NCBI GenBank assembly: GCA_036269175.1
Contig: DATASS010000840.1
Coordinates: 1,837 to 65,836 of the forward strand
DNA length: 64,000 bases
DNA from: Kofleriaceae bacterium
GTDB taxonomy: Bacteria > Myxococcota_A > Polyangia > Haliangiales > Haliangiaceae
Direction of reading: 5' to 3'
Below the pieces are notes generated by a model that worked only from the letters and a program-made list of their open reading frames with translations, was not told the DNA's origin and did not search any database. The position numbers were made by a program, and so were the translations under genes. Below, in pieces: positions 44,349 to 55,891 of this stretch. The first letter of the stretch is position 1. Each line of letters starts with the position of its first letter.

Positions 44349-45439
44349 GAGGCGCCGCCGGCCGGCTCGCTCCACGGCAGGCGGACCGCCGCGACCACGC
44401 CGCCGTCGCCGGCGCGCAGCTCGAACCGCTGGTCGGCGCGGTACAGGTGGCGCAGCCGGTCCAGCGTGTTGCGCAGCCCGACCCCGGCGCGGTGGCCCGC
44501 CGCGAGCGTGCCGGTGTTGAACACCTCGATGCACAGCGCCGCGCCATCGCGCCGGGCGCGGATCTCGACCCGCCCGGCGCCCGCCGATCGCGCGATGCCG
44601 TGGCGGATCGCGTTCTCGACCAGCGGCTGGAGCAGCAGGGTCGGCACCGCGGCGCGGCGGATCTCGGCGGGCGCGTCGATCTCGAACGCCATCCGGTCGG
44701 GGAACCGCAGCCGCTCGATCTCCAGGTAGCGCTCGATGATCGCGAGCTCGGTGGCGAGCGACACCCGCTGCTCGCCGGCGTGATCGAGCGAGTAGCGCAA
44801 CAGGTCCGACAGCCCGGCGATCATCGTCACCGCCTCGCGCTGGCGCGCGGTCCGCACCAGCGCGCTGATCGAGTTCAGCGTGTTGAACAGGAAGTGGGGC
44901 TGGAGCTGGAGCTCCAGCGCATGGAGCCGGGCCTCGGCGAGCGACGCCTCCAGCCGCGCGGCGAGCCGCTCGCGCTCGCGGTACTTGCGGTAGTACAGCG
45001 CGGCGTGGTGCGCGATCAGCACCACGCCGTACAGCGAGACCTGCTGGACCAGCCCCGACAGCGCGACGCCGCGGAACGCCACCGCGAACTCGCGAGTGCC
45101 CATGGCGTCGTACGGCCGCACCACGATCAGCAGCATCGCCCACCACACCGAGTGGATCGGCGCGATCGCCAGCGCGGCGACCGCGTGCACCGCGATCGCG
45201 CGCGCCGTCGGCGGCACCAGCGGGAACCGGCGCGCCAGCCAGCCGATCAGCGGGGTCAGCGCGAACCACGCGTTCCAGATCAGCACCTGGTAGGCGACCA
45301 GCCGCACCAGCGAGTGGTGGTGGTCGAGCATGCCGATCCAGATCTGCAGCCCGCACGCCGAGCCGAGCGCGGTCCAGAACGACAGCGCCAGGATCCAGGT
45401 CAGGTGCCGGCGGGGACCCACGACCCCAGTGTGCCGCAT
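44345..45439 (-). CDS. LytS/YehU-type sensor histidine kinase
   Basis: Multi-TM N-terminus. His_kinase signature [35 protein letters not shown]. Confidence 0.85.
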   Translation of the reverse strand: MRHTGVVGPRRHLTWILALSFWTALGSACGLQIWIGMLDHHHSLVRLVAYQVLIWNAWFALTPLIGWLARRFPLVPPTARAIAVHAVAALAIAPIHSVWWAMLLIVVRPYDAMGTREFAVAFRGVALSGLVQQVSLYGVVLIAHHAALYYRKYRERERLAARLEASLAEARLHALELQLQPHFLFNTLNSISALVRTARQREAVTMIAGLSDLLRYSLDHAGEQRVSLATELAIIERYLEIERLRFPDRMAFEIDAPAEIRRAAVPTLLLQPLVENAIRHGIARSAGAGRVEIRARRDGAALCIEVFNTGTLAAGHRAGVGLRNTLDRLRHLYRADQRFELRAGDGGVVAAVRLPWSEPAGGAS

Positions 45440-45477
45440 GGCGCCGCCGGACGGGGCGCCGGTGCAGCCAACCGCGC

Positions 45478-45510
45478 CCGGGATGCAGCGAACCGGACGT
45501 CCGCGGGGGC
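45478..45510. repeat. direct repeat copy B (21-bp perfect core)
   Basis: Identical to 43508-43528. It lies 39 nt upstream of the kinase ATG at 45439. Confidence 0.9.
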
Positions 45511-45787
45511 TTCCGTCGGGTCCCGGCACCCAGCAGACGACAGCCGCGCATCGCGCACCCGGCATCGCGGGCATCGATTGCCATCGAAGCGCGAAGTTCT
45601 CGGATCCCCGCGAGGGGACCGCGACATGTCTCCTGCTGTGACACCGGCGGAGACACGCGCTGCCATGCACCGGGAATCTCGATTCTCCAGATCGAGTGTG
45701 GTGTCACACCGATTTTCGAGGGATCTCCGGATATGGAATGTCGTATCATCCGGCGATGTCGTCGTCGTCGCGTGCAGGGAGGTGGAG

Positions 45788-47449
<1,662 letters not shown>

Positions 47450-47450
47450 C

Positions 47451-48593
47451 TCAGTACCCGCTCAGCTCGGCGAACCGGCCGCGGTGATACGCCGCGTCGC
47501 CGAACGTCATCTCCGAGGCCCGCGCGCGCTTGAGGAAGAACCCGATGTCGTGCTCGTCGGTCATGCCGATGCCGCCGTGGAGCTGGACCGCCTCGTTGGT
47601 GGCCAGGCAGTACGCGTCGGACAGCCTGGCCTTGGCCAGCGACACCAGCTGCGGGGCGTCGGCGCTTCCGGCATCGACCGCGCGCGCCGCCGCCATCACC
47701 GCCGAGCGCGACAGCTCGAGCTCGATGTAGAGCCGCGCGGCGCGGTGCTTGAGCCCCTGGAAGCTGCCGATCGCGACGCCGAACTGGCGGCGCTCGCGCA
47801 GGTACGCCAGCGTGCGCTCGAGCGCCTCGGCCATCCCACCGAGCATCTCGCCGGTGAGCGCCACGGTCGCCTCGTCGATCACGCGCGACAGGAGGCCGAA
47901 GCCGTCGCCCGCGGCGGCGAGCTCGGTATCGCCGCCGACCGTCACGCCGTCGAGCGCGAGCTGCGCGACGTTGAGCGAGTCGACCCGGTGCTGGCGGGTG
48001 GCGATCAGCCCCGGCGTCCCGGCCGGGATCAGGAACAGCGCGAGGCCGCTGCGATCGCCGTCGTCACCGGCGGTGCGCGCCGCGATCACATAGGCGTCGG
48101 CGAGGTGGCCGCCCCAGACCTGGGTGGCCTCGCCGGTCAGCTGGAACCCGCCGTCGGTCGGCGTCGCGCGCACCGGCGCCCGCGTGAGGTCGAACCGCCC
48201 GCCGCGCCGGGCGTGGGCGAGCGCCAGGACCTTCGTGCCGGCGATCGCCGGGGCCAGCCAGTCCGCTTTTTGCTGCGCGCTGCCGCCCAGTGCGACCGCG
48301 CGCCCCGCGAGGACGATCGAAGGAATGTACGGCTCCGGAGCGAGCCCGCGGCCCATCGCCTCGGTGACCAGCACGAGCTCCGCAAGCCCCATGCCGAGGC
48401 CGCCGTCGGCGTCGGCGAACGGGATGCCGGTCCAGCCGAGCTCGGCCATCCTTGCCAGCCGGTCGAGCGCATAACCGCGCTCGTCGCGGCGGTCGCGGAG
48501 CTTTCGCAGCCGCGCGATCGGCTCGCCGCTGGTGACGAACTCGTTCGCGGTGCGCGCCAGGAGGGCCTGGTCTTCGGTGAGTGCGAGCTGCAT
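47451..48593 (-). CDS. acyl-CoA dehydrogenase family protein
   Basis: MQLALTEDQ..., ...GFQGLKHRAARLYIELE..., LHGGIGMTDEHDIGFFLKRA. Confidence 0.85.
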   Translation of the reverse strand: MQLALTEDQALLARTANEFVTSGEPIARLRKLRDRRDERGYALDRLARMAELGWTGIPFADADGGLGMGLAELVLVTEAMGRGLAPEPYIPSIVLAGRAVALGGSAQQKADWLAPAIAGTKVLALAHARRGGRFDLTRAPVRATPTDGGFQLTGEATQVWGGHLADAYVIAARTAGDDGDRSGLALFLIPAGTPGLIATRQHRVDSLNVAQLALDGVTVGGDTELAAAGDGFGLLSRVIDEATVALTGEMLGGMAEALERTLAYLRERRQFGVAIGSFQGLKHRAARLYIELELSRSAVMAAARAVDAGSADAPQLVSLAKARLSDAYCLATNEAVQLHGGIGMTDEHDIGFFLKRARASEMTFGDAAYHRGRFAELSGY

Positions 48594-48622
48594 GGCGTCC
48601 TCGTCGTCTTCGTCGCCGCGGG

Positions 48623-49825
48623 TCAGTCCGGCAGGGCGAGCACGTGCTTGGCGATGATGTTGAGCTGGATCTCGCTGGTGCCACCCTCGATGGTGTTGCC
48701 GCGCGAGCGCAGCCAGTCGCGAGTCTGGGCCAGCTCGCCGGGCTCGAAGCCCTCGCCTTCCCAGCCCAGGCCTTGCGGGCCGCGCAGCGCGAGGATCAGC
48801 TCCTGGCGGCGCTGGTTGAGCTCGGTGCCGTAGATCTTGAAGATCGACGACTCCGGCCCCGGCTTGTGGCCGGCCTTGGCCGCGTCGGCGCTGCGCTGCA
48901 TGGTCAGCGCGAAGCAGCGCTCCTCCATGGTGAACTGGGTGACCCGGTCGCGCAGCACCGGATCGGCGATCCGGCCGCCGTGCTCGCCGAGATAGCCGCG
49001 CGCCAGCTCGACCAGCGGGTTGCCGGTGGTGGCCGCGCGGCCACGGCCGCCGGCGCCGAACACGTCGCCGATCATGGTGCGCTCGTGGCCGAGCAGCGCC
49101 TTGGCCACCGTCCAGCCGTTGCCGACGCCGTGGATGATGTCGCGCGTGAGCGCGTGCGCGTCGGTGAAGAACGTCTCGCAGAACGGCGATGCGCCGCTGA
49201 TCAGCTTGATCGGCCGGACCTCGACGCCCGGCTGCGCCAGGTCGAGCAAGAGGAACGTGATGCCCTCCTGCTTCTTGCCGCCGGTGTCGGTGCGGAAGAT
49301 CCCGAACATCCAGTCCGCCTTGTCGGCGTAGCTGGTCCAGATCTTCTGGCCGTTGATGACGATGTCGTCGCCGGAGATCCGCGCCGACGCGGCGAGCGAC
49401 GCGAGATCGCTGCCCGCGTTGGGCTCGGAGTAGCCCTGGGCCCAGCGGATCTCGCCGCGCACGATCTTCGGCAGGTGCTCGCGCTTCTGCTCGTCGGTGC
49501 CGAACTGGAGCAGCGTCGGGCCGATCATCGACATCCCGAACCCGATCAGCGGCAGCGGCAGCCCGAGCCGGCGCAGCTCGGCGACCAGGATCTTCGCGCG
49601 CTCCTTGTCGAGCCCGCCGCCGCCGTACTCCTGGGGCCAGGTCGGCGCGGTCCAGCCGCGCTCGGCCATCGCATCGCAGTAGCGCTTCGACTGGGGGTGC
49701 GGGAGCTCCGGGTGCCGGCCGCCCCAGTAGTCGGCGCTGGCCGGCGGCAGCTCGCCGAGCTCGCTCGGCAGCTCGCGCTCGAGGAACTCCAGCAGCTCGG
49801 CACGAAAGCTCTCGACATCAGTCAT
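48623..49825 (-). CDS. acyl-CoA dehydrogenase family protein
   Basis: WAQGYSEPNAGSDLASL, INGQKIWTS, and C-terminal TIEGGTSEIQLNIIAK. Confidence 0.85.
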   Translation of the reverse strand: MTDVESFRAELLEFLERELPSELGELPPASADYWGGRHPELPHPQSKRYCDAMAERGWTAPTWPQEYGGGGLDKERAKILVAELRRLGLPLPLIGFGMSMIGPTLLQFGTDEQKREHLPKIVRGEIRWAQGYSEPNAGSDLASLAASARISGDDIVINGQKIWTSYADKADWMFGIFRTDTGGKKQEGITFLLLDLAQPGVEVRPIKLISGASPFCETFFTDAHALTRDIIHGVGNGWTVAKALLGHERTMIGDVFGAGGRGRAATTGNPLVELARGYLGEHGGRIADPVLRDRVTQFTMEERCFALTMQRSADAAKAGHKPGPESSIFKIYGTELNQRRQELILALRGPQGLGWEGEGFEPGELAQTRDWLRSRGNTIEGGTSEIQLNIIAKHVLALPD

Positions 49826-49948
49826 GGTCTCTCCCTGTGCGGCCGCGCGCGGTGCGTCAGACCTCCCGCTCATCGCATATCCCCGGCGGGTTTGCCAGCG
49901 CCCCGCCCTGCGCGCGACGTGGCACGAAACTTGGAGATTCATCAAGGC

Positions 49949-50701
49949 ATGAGCGAGGCTCAAGCACGCGCCCGATCGATGCCGGTCGACCGCGATCGGA
50001 TCGAGGAACGGACCGAGGATGCTCTCCGCCGCGCGGTCGCCGCGCGCGATGAGGCGCTGGCGATCGTCTCGCACGACCTGCGCAACCCGCTGAGCGCGGT
50101 GCAGCTCAGTACGCGCCTGCTCGGCGAGCTCGGGCTCGACGAGCGAGCCCGCAAGCACGTCGAGATGATCCAGCGCGCGGCCCGCAGCATGAGCCGGCTG
50201 ATCGAGGACCTGCTCGACACCGTGGCGATCGAGGCCGGCCGGCTCGCGCTCGACGTCCGGCCCGAGCTGGTGACCGCGCTGCTCGGCGCGGTCAGCGAGC
50301 GCAACGAGCCGGCGGCCCGCGATCGCGGCGTGGCGCTGCGCGCGACCTGCGACGTGCCCGACGTCGCGATCCGCGCCGATCGCGCGCGCGTGATCCAGGT
50401 GTTCGGCAACCTGATCGGCACGCTGCTCACGTTCTGCCGCGCCGGCGACGCGGTGACGATCTCATGCCAGGTCGACGGCGACGCGGTCGAGTTCGCGATC
50501 AGCGACACCGGCCCCGGCATCGATCCGGGGCTGGTCCCGCACCTGTTCGAGCCGTACTGGACGGCGCCACCCAACGTCCGGCGCCGGCTCGGCCTGGGGC
50601 TCTACATCGCCCGCGGCATCGTCGATCACCACGGCGGGCGGATCCGGGTCGAGGCCCGGCCGGGCGCCGCGTTCGTGTTCACGCTCCCGCGCGCCCGCTG
50701 A
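49949..50701 (+). CDS. soluble histidine kinase without a recognisable sensor domain
   Basis: H-box IVSHDLRNPL, DTGPGIDP, LGLGLYIARGIV. Only about 35 aa precede the H-box. Confidence 0.8.
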   Translation: MSEAQARARSMPVDRDRIEERTEDALRRAVAARDEALAIVSHDLRNPLSAVQLSTRLLGELGLDERARKHVEMIQRAARSMSRLIEDLLDTVAIEAGRLALDVRPELVTALLGAVSERNEPAARDRGVALRATCDVPDVAIRADRARVIQVFGNLIGTLLTFCRAGDAVTISCQVDGDAVEFAISDTGPGIDPGLVPHLFEPYWTAPPNVRRRLGLGLYIARGIVDHHGGRIRVEARPGAAFVFTLPRAR

Positions 50702-52127
50702 GCGCGCGGATCGCCCGGTAGCGCGCCATCGCCGCCACCGCGCGCGCGCAGCTCTGCATGCGGGTGAACAGCGGATAGCCGGCCTGGCTGACGATCCGCA
50801 CCGTGTCGGGGCTGGGCAGCGTGTACGACCACAACAGGATCGGCTTGTCGCTGACCCGCGCGACCTCGGCCAGCTGTTCGCGCTCGCGCTCGAAGCTCGC
50901 GGTCATCCGCGCCGAGACGATCATGATCACCGCGTCGATCGCGTCGGACGCGGCGATCCGCCGCGCGAGCTCGGCGTAGCCGGCCTGGACGATCGCCTGC
51001 GCGGTGGCGTCGACCGGGTTCTGCGAGCTGCCATAGCTCGGGATCATCCGGTCGAGCTCGGCGCGGGTCGCGGCGTCGAGGATCGGCACGGTGAGGCCGG
51101 CCGCGCCGCACGCGTCGGCGAGCCAGCCGCCGCCGCCGCCCGACGCGCTGCCGATGCCGACCCGGGTGCCGGCGGGCAGCCGGCCGGCGTGCAGCGAGAG
51201 CGCCGCCGCGAGGTCGACCATCTCGTCGAGGTCATCGACCTCGAGGATGCCGTGGCGCCCGGCCAGCGCCTGCCAGTCGGAATACGCGCCGGCGATCGCC
51301 CCGGTGTGCGCCCGCGCCGCGCGGACCCCGGCGGCGGTCTTGCCGATCTTGACCGCGACGATCGGCTTGCCGGCGGCGAGCGCCCGCGCCGCGACCCGCT
51401 CGAACCGCGCCACGTCGCGGACGGTCTCGACGTAGAGCAGGAACACGTCGGTCCGGCCCTCGTCGAGCAAGTGGTCGACGACCTCGAACGTGTCCAGGCA
51501 CGCCTCGTTGCCGGTGGTGATCACGTAGCTGAACGGCAGCTCGCGCGCCCGGCCGCGATCGTACATCGCGAACCCCATGCCGCCGCTCTGCGCGACCACC
51601 GCGACGTGACCGCGGGTGCGCCACGGCGGGACCAGCGGCACCGCCATGTGGTCGACCGCGGGCGAGAACGTCGGGCACAGCGCCGCGGCGGTGTTGGCGT
51701 AGCCCTCGGCGTTGGGGCCGCACACGATCATGCCGTGGCGCTCGGCGATCGCGACCACCCGCGCCTGCAGCGCCTCGCCGGCCGCCGTGCCGGCCTCGGC
51801 GAACCCCGAGGCCAGGATCATCGCGGCCCGCACGCCGGCGGCGGCGCAGCGCTCGAGCTCGTCGGGGACGAACTCGGCGGGGATGATCAGCACCGCGAGG
51901 TCGACCGGCTCGGGGATCGCGGCGACCGACGGGTACGCCGGCAGCCCCTGGATCTCGGCGTGGCTGCGGCTGACCGGGTAGATCCGGCCGGCGTAGGGGT
52001 GGCCGAGCATCACGCCGAGCGTGCGGCCGCGGAAGATGTGGCGATCGGGCGAGGCACCGATCACCGCGACCGAGCGCGGCGACAGCAGCGGATCGAGGCG
52101 AAGCGGCGTCGTGCGGAGTTCTGTCAT
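50679..52127 (-). CDS. ADP-forming acyl-CoA synthetase-like protein (CoA-binding + ligase-CoA domains, no ATP-grasp)
   Basis: SVAVIGAS, GPNAEG, VAVVAQSGGMG, and a phosphohistidine-loop-like AHTGAIAG. ATGA overlap with the upstream ACAD gene. Confidence 0.8.
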   Translation of the reverse strand: MTELRTTPLRLDPLLSPRSVAVIGASPDRHIFRGRTLGVMLGHPYAGRIYPVSRSHAEIQGLPAYPSVAAIPEPVDLAVLIIPAEFVPDELERCAAAGVRAAMILASGFAEAGTAAGEALQARVVAIAERHGMIVCGPNAEGYANTAAALCPTFSPAVDHMAVPLVPPWRTRGHVAVVAQSGGMGFAMYDRGRARELPFSYVITTGNEACLDTFEVVDHLLDEGRTDVFLLYVETVRDVARFERVAARALAAGKPIVAVKIGKTAAGVRAARAHTGAIAGAYSDWQALAGRHGILEVDDLDEMVDLAAALSLHAGRLPAGTRVGIGSASGGGGGWLADACGAAGLTVPILDAATRAELDRMIPSYGSSQNPVDATAQAIVQAGYAELARRIAASDAIDAVIMIVSARMTASFEREREQLAEVARVSDKPILLWSYTLPSPDTVRIVSQAGYPLFTRMQSCARAVAAMARYRAIRALSGRAGA

Positions 52128-53374
52128 CGGAGCCCCAGCCCGCGGGCGATGATGCCGCGCAGGATCTCGGTGGTGCCGCCCTGGATCGTCAGCTTGGGGG
52201 CGGCGAGCGTGGCGTGGTCGAGCAGCGCGTCGAACACCTCGCGCGCCTCCGTGTCGATCCCACGGGGGGCGCTGCCCCCCGCCCCGCCGGCAGAGCCGTC
52301 GGGGTCCCCACCCCCCGCCTCGCTGCGCTCGGGCAAGAACGCGGTCAGATCGCGGGCGCGCGGCGCCAGGGTCTGCTGCCAGGTCGTGCCCAGGTCCTTG
52401 ACGATCGAGCCCTCGAGCGTCGGCTCCTGGCCGGCCTCGAGCATCCCCGCGACCGATACCGACATCCGGCGCAGCGTGTGGAGCTGGGCGACCAGCCGGC
52501 CGAGGCCCTCGGCGCCGCGCACGTCGGGCTGGGGGCCGAGCACGCGGACCAGCTCGAACAGGAGGTACGAGGTCTCGAGGAACCGCTCGGGGCCGCTGCG
52601 CTCGTAGGCCAGCTCGCTGGTCGCCTGCTGCCACGCCCCGTCGATCTCGCCGAGCACGTGGTCCTCGGGCACGAACGCGTCGTCGAACACCACCTCGTCG
52701 AACTCGCGGCGGCCGCTCATGTCGGAGATCGGGCTGATCGCGATGCCGGGCCCGCGCAGATCGACCAGGAACTGGGTCAGGCCGTGGCGGCGATCCTGGG
52801 CGGTGCGCGGCGAGGTCCGGAACAGGCCGATCATGTAGTCGGCGCGGTGGGCCGCGGTGGTCCAGACCTTGGTGCCGGTCACCCGCCAGCCGCCGTCGCA
52901 GCGGGTCGCGCGAGTCTGGGCCGCGAACAGATCGGAGCCGGAGCCCGGCTCGCTCATGCCGATGCAGAAGCAGCATTCGCCACGCGTGATCCGGGGCAGG
53001 ATGTCGGCCTTGATCCGCTCACTGGCGTGGCGGAGCAGGATCGGCCCGCTCTGGCGATCGGCGGTGAAGTGCAGGCCGACCGGCGCGTTGGCGACCCGGA
53101 ACTCCTCGGTGACCACGTAGCGCTCGAGGAAGCTGCGCTCGCCCCCGCCGTAGCGCCTGGGCCAGGTCATGCCGATCCAGCCCCGCGCGCCGACCTTGCG
53201 GCTGAACCCGGGGTGGTAGGCGCCGAGCGTCGCAGCGCGCCGCGGATCGAACGTGCCCGCGGCGCTCTCGTCGGCGAGGAACGCGCGGACCTCGCGGCGC
53301 AGCGCCTGCGCCGGCTCGGGCAGCCGGACCTGGTCGAAGTGGATCGCCTGGGGGCTGGCTTCCGGCATGGTCAT
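52124..53374 (-). CDS. acyl-CoA dehydrogenase family protein with a Gly-rich insertion
   Basis: IGMSEPGSGSDL, VTGTKVWTT, TIQGGTTEILRGIIA. Low-complexity insert EAGGGDPDGSAGGAGGSAP. Confidence 0.85.
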   Translation of the reverse strand: MTMPEASPQAIHFDQVRLPEPAQALRREVRAFLADESAAGTFDPRRAATLGAYHPGFSRKVGARGWIGMTWPRRYGGGERSFLERYVVTEEFRVANAPVGLHFTADRQSGPILLRHASERIKADILPRITRGECCFCIGMSEPGSGSDLFAAQTRATRCDGGWRVTGTKVWTTAAHRADYMIGLFRTSPRTAQDRRHGLTQFLVDLRGPGIAISPISDMSGRREFDEVVFDDAFVPEDHVLGEIDGAWQQATSELAYERSGPERFLETSYLLFELVRVLGPQPDVRGAEGLGRLVAQLHTLRRMSVSVAGMLEAGQEPTLEGSIVKDLGTTWQQTLAPRARDLTAFLPERSEAGGGDPDGSAGGAGGSAPRGIDTEAREVFDALLDHATLAAPKLTIQGGTTEILRGIIARGLGLR

Positions 53375-54456
53375 CGCGCCGCCAGCATGGGCCACAGCGC
53401 ATCGGCGCCGCGCGCCGCGACGTGGGCGCCGAGCCGGGCCGCCCATTCGGTCTCGCTGCCGTAGTCGTCGCGCCACGCCCACAGCCGGCGGGTGAAGCGG
53501 TGCAGCGGGTGCTCGGTCGAGAACCCGATCGCGCCGTGGACCTGGTGCGCGATCGCGGCGCCGGCCGCCGCGGCCTCGCCGACCCGGATCTTGGCGCTGG
53601 CGACCTCGAGCAGGATGGCGTCGAGGTCATCGCCGGCGGCCGGTCTCGCCGGTGCGACGCGCTCCGCCGCGGTGGCCAGCGCATCGGCGGCCGAGCCGGA
53701 CGCCGCCAGCGCCGCCGCGGTCTCGCCGGCCAGCCGCGCCAGCGCGTGCTGGATCGCCTGGAACTTGCCGATCGGCCGGTCGAACGCGACCCGCTCGCCG
53801 GCGTACGCCACCGAGCGGGCGAGGATCGCCTGCAGCGCCCCGGCCATCTGGCACGCGCGCGCCACCGCGCCCATCGTGTGCAGCCAGTCCGCCACGTCGA
53901 GCGGCGCGGCGGCGACCGCGACCGGCGCGACGCCGTCGCACACCACGGTATCGCGCGGCTCGCCGGCGAGGTTGTCGCGCGGCTCGATGCGGCACGCCGC
54001 GGCGTCGACCAGCGCGACGTAGCCGGCGCCGGCGCGCGACGCGCAGACCACGAAGTGGCCGGCCTCGCGCGCAAACGCCACGCGGGTCGCCCGGTTGCGC
54101 AGCTGGCCCTCGACCAGCGCCAGGGCTCCGGGCCCGGCGATCGGCACCAGCACACCGGCGGGGAGCTCGATCCCGACCGCCGCGAGCATCCAGCCCGCGA
54201 GCAGGGTCTCGGCCAGCGGCACGTCGAGCGCGACCTCGCCCGCCAGGGTCAGGATCGCGAAGCCATCGACCAGTCCGCCGCCGGCGCCCCCCGCGGCCTC
54301 GGCGATCCACGCCCGGGTCAGCCCGCCGTCTTCCACGGCCTGCCACACCGCGCGGCGCGCGGCGGCCTCGTCACCGGCACGCCGGCCCTGCGGATCGGCC
54401 ACGGTGCGGAGCAGCCGCCGGGCGGTGTCGAGCAGCAGCGGATCGGGGCGCGCCAT
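53371..54456 (-). CDS. acyl-CoA dehydrogenase family protein (partner subunit-like)
   Basis: ATGA overlap with the downstream ACAD gene. GKFQAIQHALARLAGE and VHGAIGFSTEHPLHRFTRRL. Confidence 0.8.
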   Translation of the reverse strand: MARPDPLLLDTARRLLRTVADPQGRRAGDEAAARRAVWQAVEDGGLTRAWIAEAAGGAGGGLVDGFAILTLAGEVALDVPLAETLLAGWMLAAVGIELPAGVLVPIAGPGALALVEGQLRNRATRVAFAREAGHFVVCASRAGAGYVALVDAAACRIEPRDNLAGEPRDTVVCDGVAPVAVAAAPLDVADWLHTMGAVARACQMAGALQAILARSVAYAGERVAFDRPIGKFQAIQHALARLAGETAAALAASGSAADALATAAERVAPARPAAGDDLDAILLEVASAKIRVGEAAAAGAAIAHQVHGAIGFSTEHPLHRFTRRLWAWRDDYGSETEWAARLGAHVAARGADALWPMLAAR

Positions 54457-54621
54457 GCAGCGCGCGCATCCTAACCAACGCGCCGGCCGAATGTCGCGCA
54501 CGACGCGAGGATCGCTGTGACAGGACCGTCAGGACCGTGCCAGATCGCCGGCAGATGGTGCCGGTGCTGGTGCTGGAACGCTGACCGCCATCACGAGCGG
54601 CCGGCCGGGCGACGCGGCCGG

Positions 54622-54945
54622 CTAGCTCCGCGCGTCGTGGCCGTCGGTGCCGCGGCCCGCTTCCGTCGGGCCGCTGCGATCTCCGGGGCTGCCCGGCCGC
54701 GCGGCATCCCGCCGGTCGCGACGGGCCGGGCGTGGGCGGTTGCCGATCAGCACCGCCAGCCGCTCCTGGTACTCCTCCTCGTCGATCTCGCCGGCTGCGT
54801 AGCGCGTGCGTAGCGCGTCGAGCGCCGGATCGCGAACGCTGATCCGCGATCTCGGCCAGCCGGTGGCCACGAGCAGCACCACGATGCTGAGCCAGAACAA
54901 CCACCAGAACAGGTGCATTCCCCAGTAGTGATAGCCCCAGTACAT
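54622..54945 (-). CDS. SHOCT-domain small membrane protein
   Basis: AAGGAG RBS. Trp/Tyr-rich TM N-terminus (MYWGYHYWGMHLFWWLFWL) and SHOCT motif LRTRYAAGEIDEEEYQERLAVL. Confidence 0.7.
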   Translation of the reverse strand: MYWGYHYWGMHLFWWLFWLSIVVLLVATGWPRSRISVRDPALDALRTRYAAGEIDEEEYQERLAVLIGNRPRPARRDRRDAARPGSPGDRSGPTEAGRGTDGHDARS

Positions 54946-55183
54946 GACAGCTCCTTGTCGTCGGGAAGTGATGCAAGCGTCGCACCGCGCGGCGCGGCGG
55001 CCGCGATCGATGGACCACGGGCGCGGCCGGCGCCGTCGTGGCTCCAGCGCGCTGTGCGCGGCGCCGGATGTGTCGACGGATCGATCGTCCGACCGGCGCC
55101 CGGCGCGCCGGCGCGGGATGCGCGCCGCCGACCCGACGTTCTCGCAGCCGGGCCGTGGCGTCGTTCCTGCAATCGATCCGCAC

Positions 55184-55882
55184 ATGCAGGTGTTTCGGGA
55201 TCGCCGCCAGGCCGGGCGGCTGCTGGCGCAGCGCTTCGATCGTTTCGTCGGTGATCCAGGTGTCATCGTGCTTGCGCTGCCGCGCGGCGGCGTGCCGGTC
55301 GGCTACGAGATCGCCGTGCGGATCGGCGCACCGCTCGACGTGCTGGTCGTCCGCAAGCTGGGGGTCCCGGGCTACGCCGAGCTCGCGATGGGCGCGATCG
55401 CCTCCGACGGCATCCTGGTCGCCGATCGCCGCGTGATCGACATGGTCGGCGTGCCGCGCGAGGCGTTCGACGCGGTGGTCGCCCGCGAGCGCGCCGAGCT
55501 CGACCGCCGCGAGCGCGCGTTCCGCGCCGGACGGTCGCGGCTCGAGCTCGCCGGCAAGACCGTGATCCTGGTCGACGACGGGCTCGCCACCGGCGCGTCG
55601 ATGGCAGCGGCGATCGACGCGGTGCGCACCCGCCAGCCGGCGCGCGTGATCGGCGCCGCCCCGGTCGCGCCGCCCGACATCTGCGACGCGCTCGGCGAGC
55701 GCGCGGACGAGATGATCTGCCTGTTGACCCCGCCGCGGCTGCGCGCGGTCGGCGTCTGGTACCAGGACTTCACGCAGACCAGCGACGACGAGGTCCGCGC
55801 CCTGCTCGACGCCGCGGCGCGCGAGCAGCGCGCGCATGCCGAGGCCGCGCGCGGCGCCGAGCCGGTTAGCCCGGCGCGGTGA
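55184..55882 (+). CDS. phosphoribosyltransferase family protein
   Basis: PRPP-binding motif TVILVDDGLATGASM and ALPRGGVPVG. Confidence 0.8.
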   Translation: MQVFRDRRQAGRLLAQRFDRFVGDPGVIVLALPRGGVPVGYEIAVRIGAPLDVLVVRKLGVPGYAELAMGAIASDGILVADRRVIDMVGVPREAFDAVVARERAELDRRERAFRAGRSRLELAGKTVILVDDGLATGASMAAAIDAVRTRQPARVIGAAPVAPPDICDALGERADEMICLLTPPRLRAVGVWYQDFTQTSDDEVRALLDAAAREQRAHAEAARGAEPVSPAR

Positions 55883-55891
55883 GCCCGCGGA

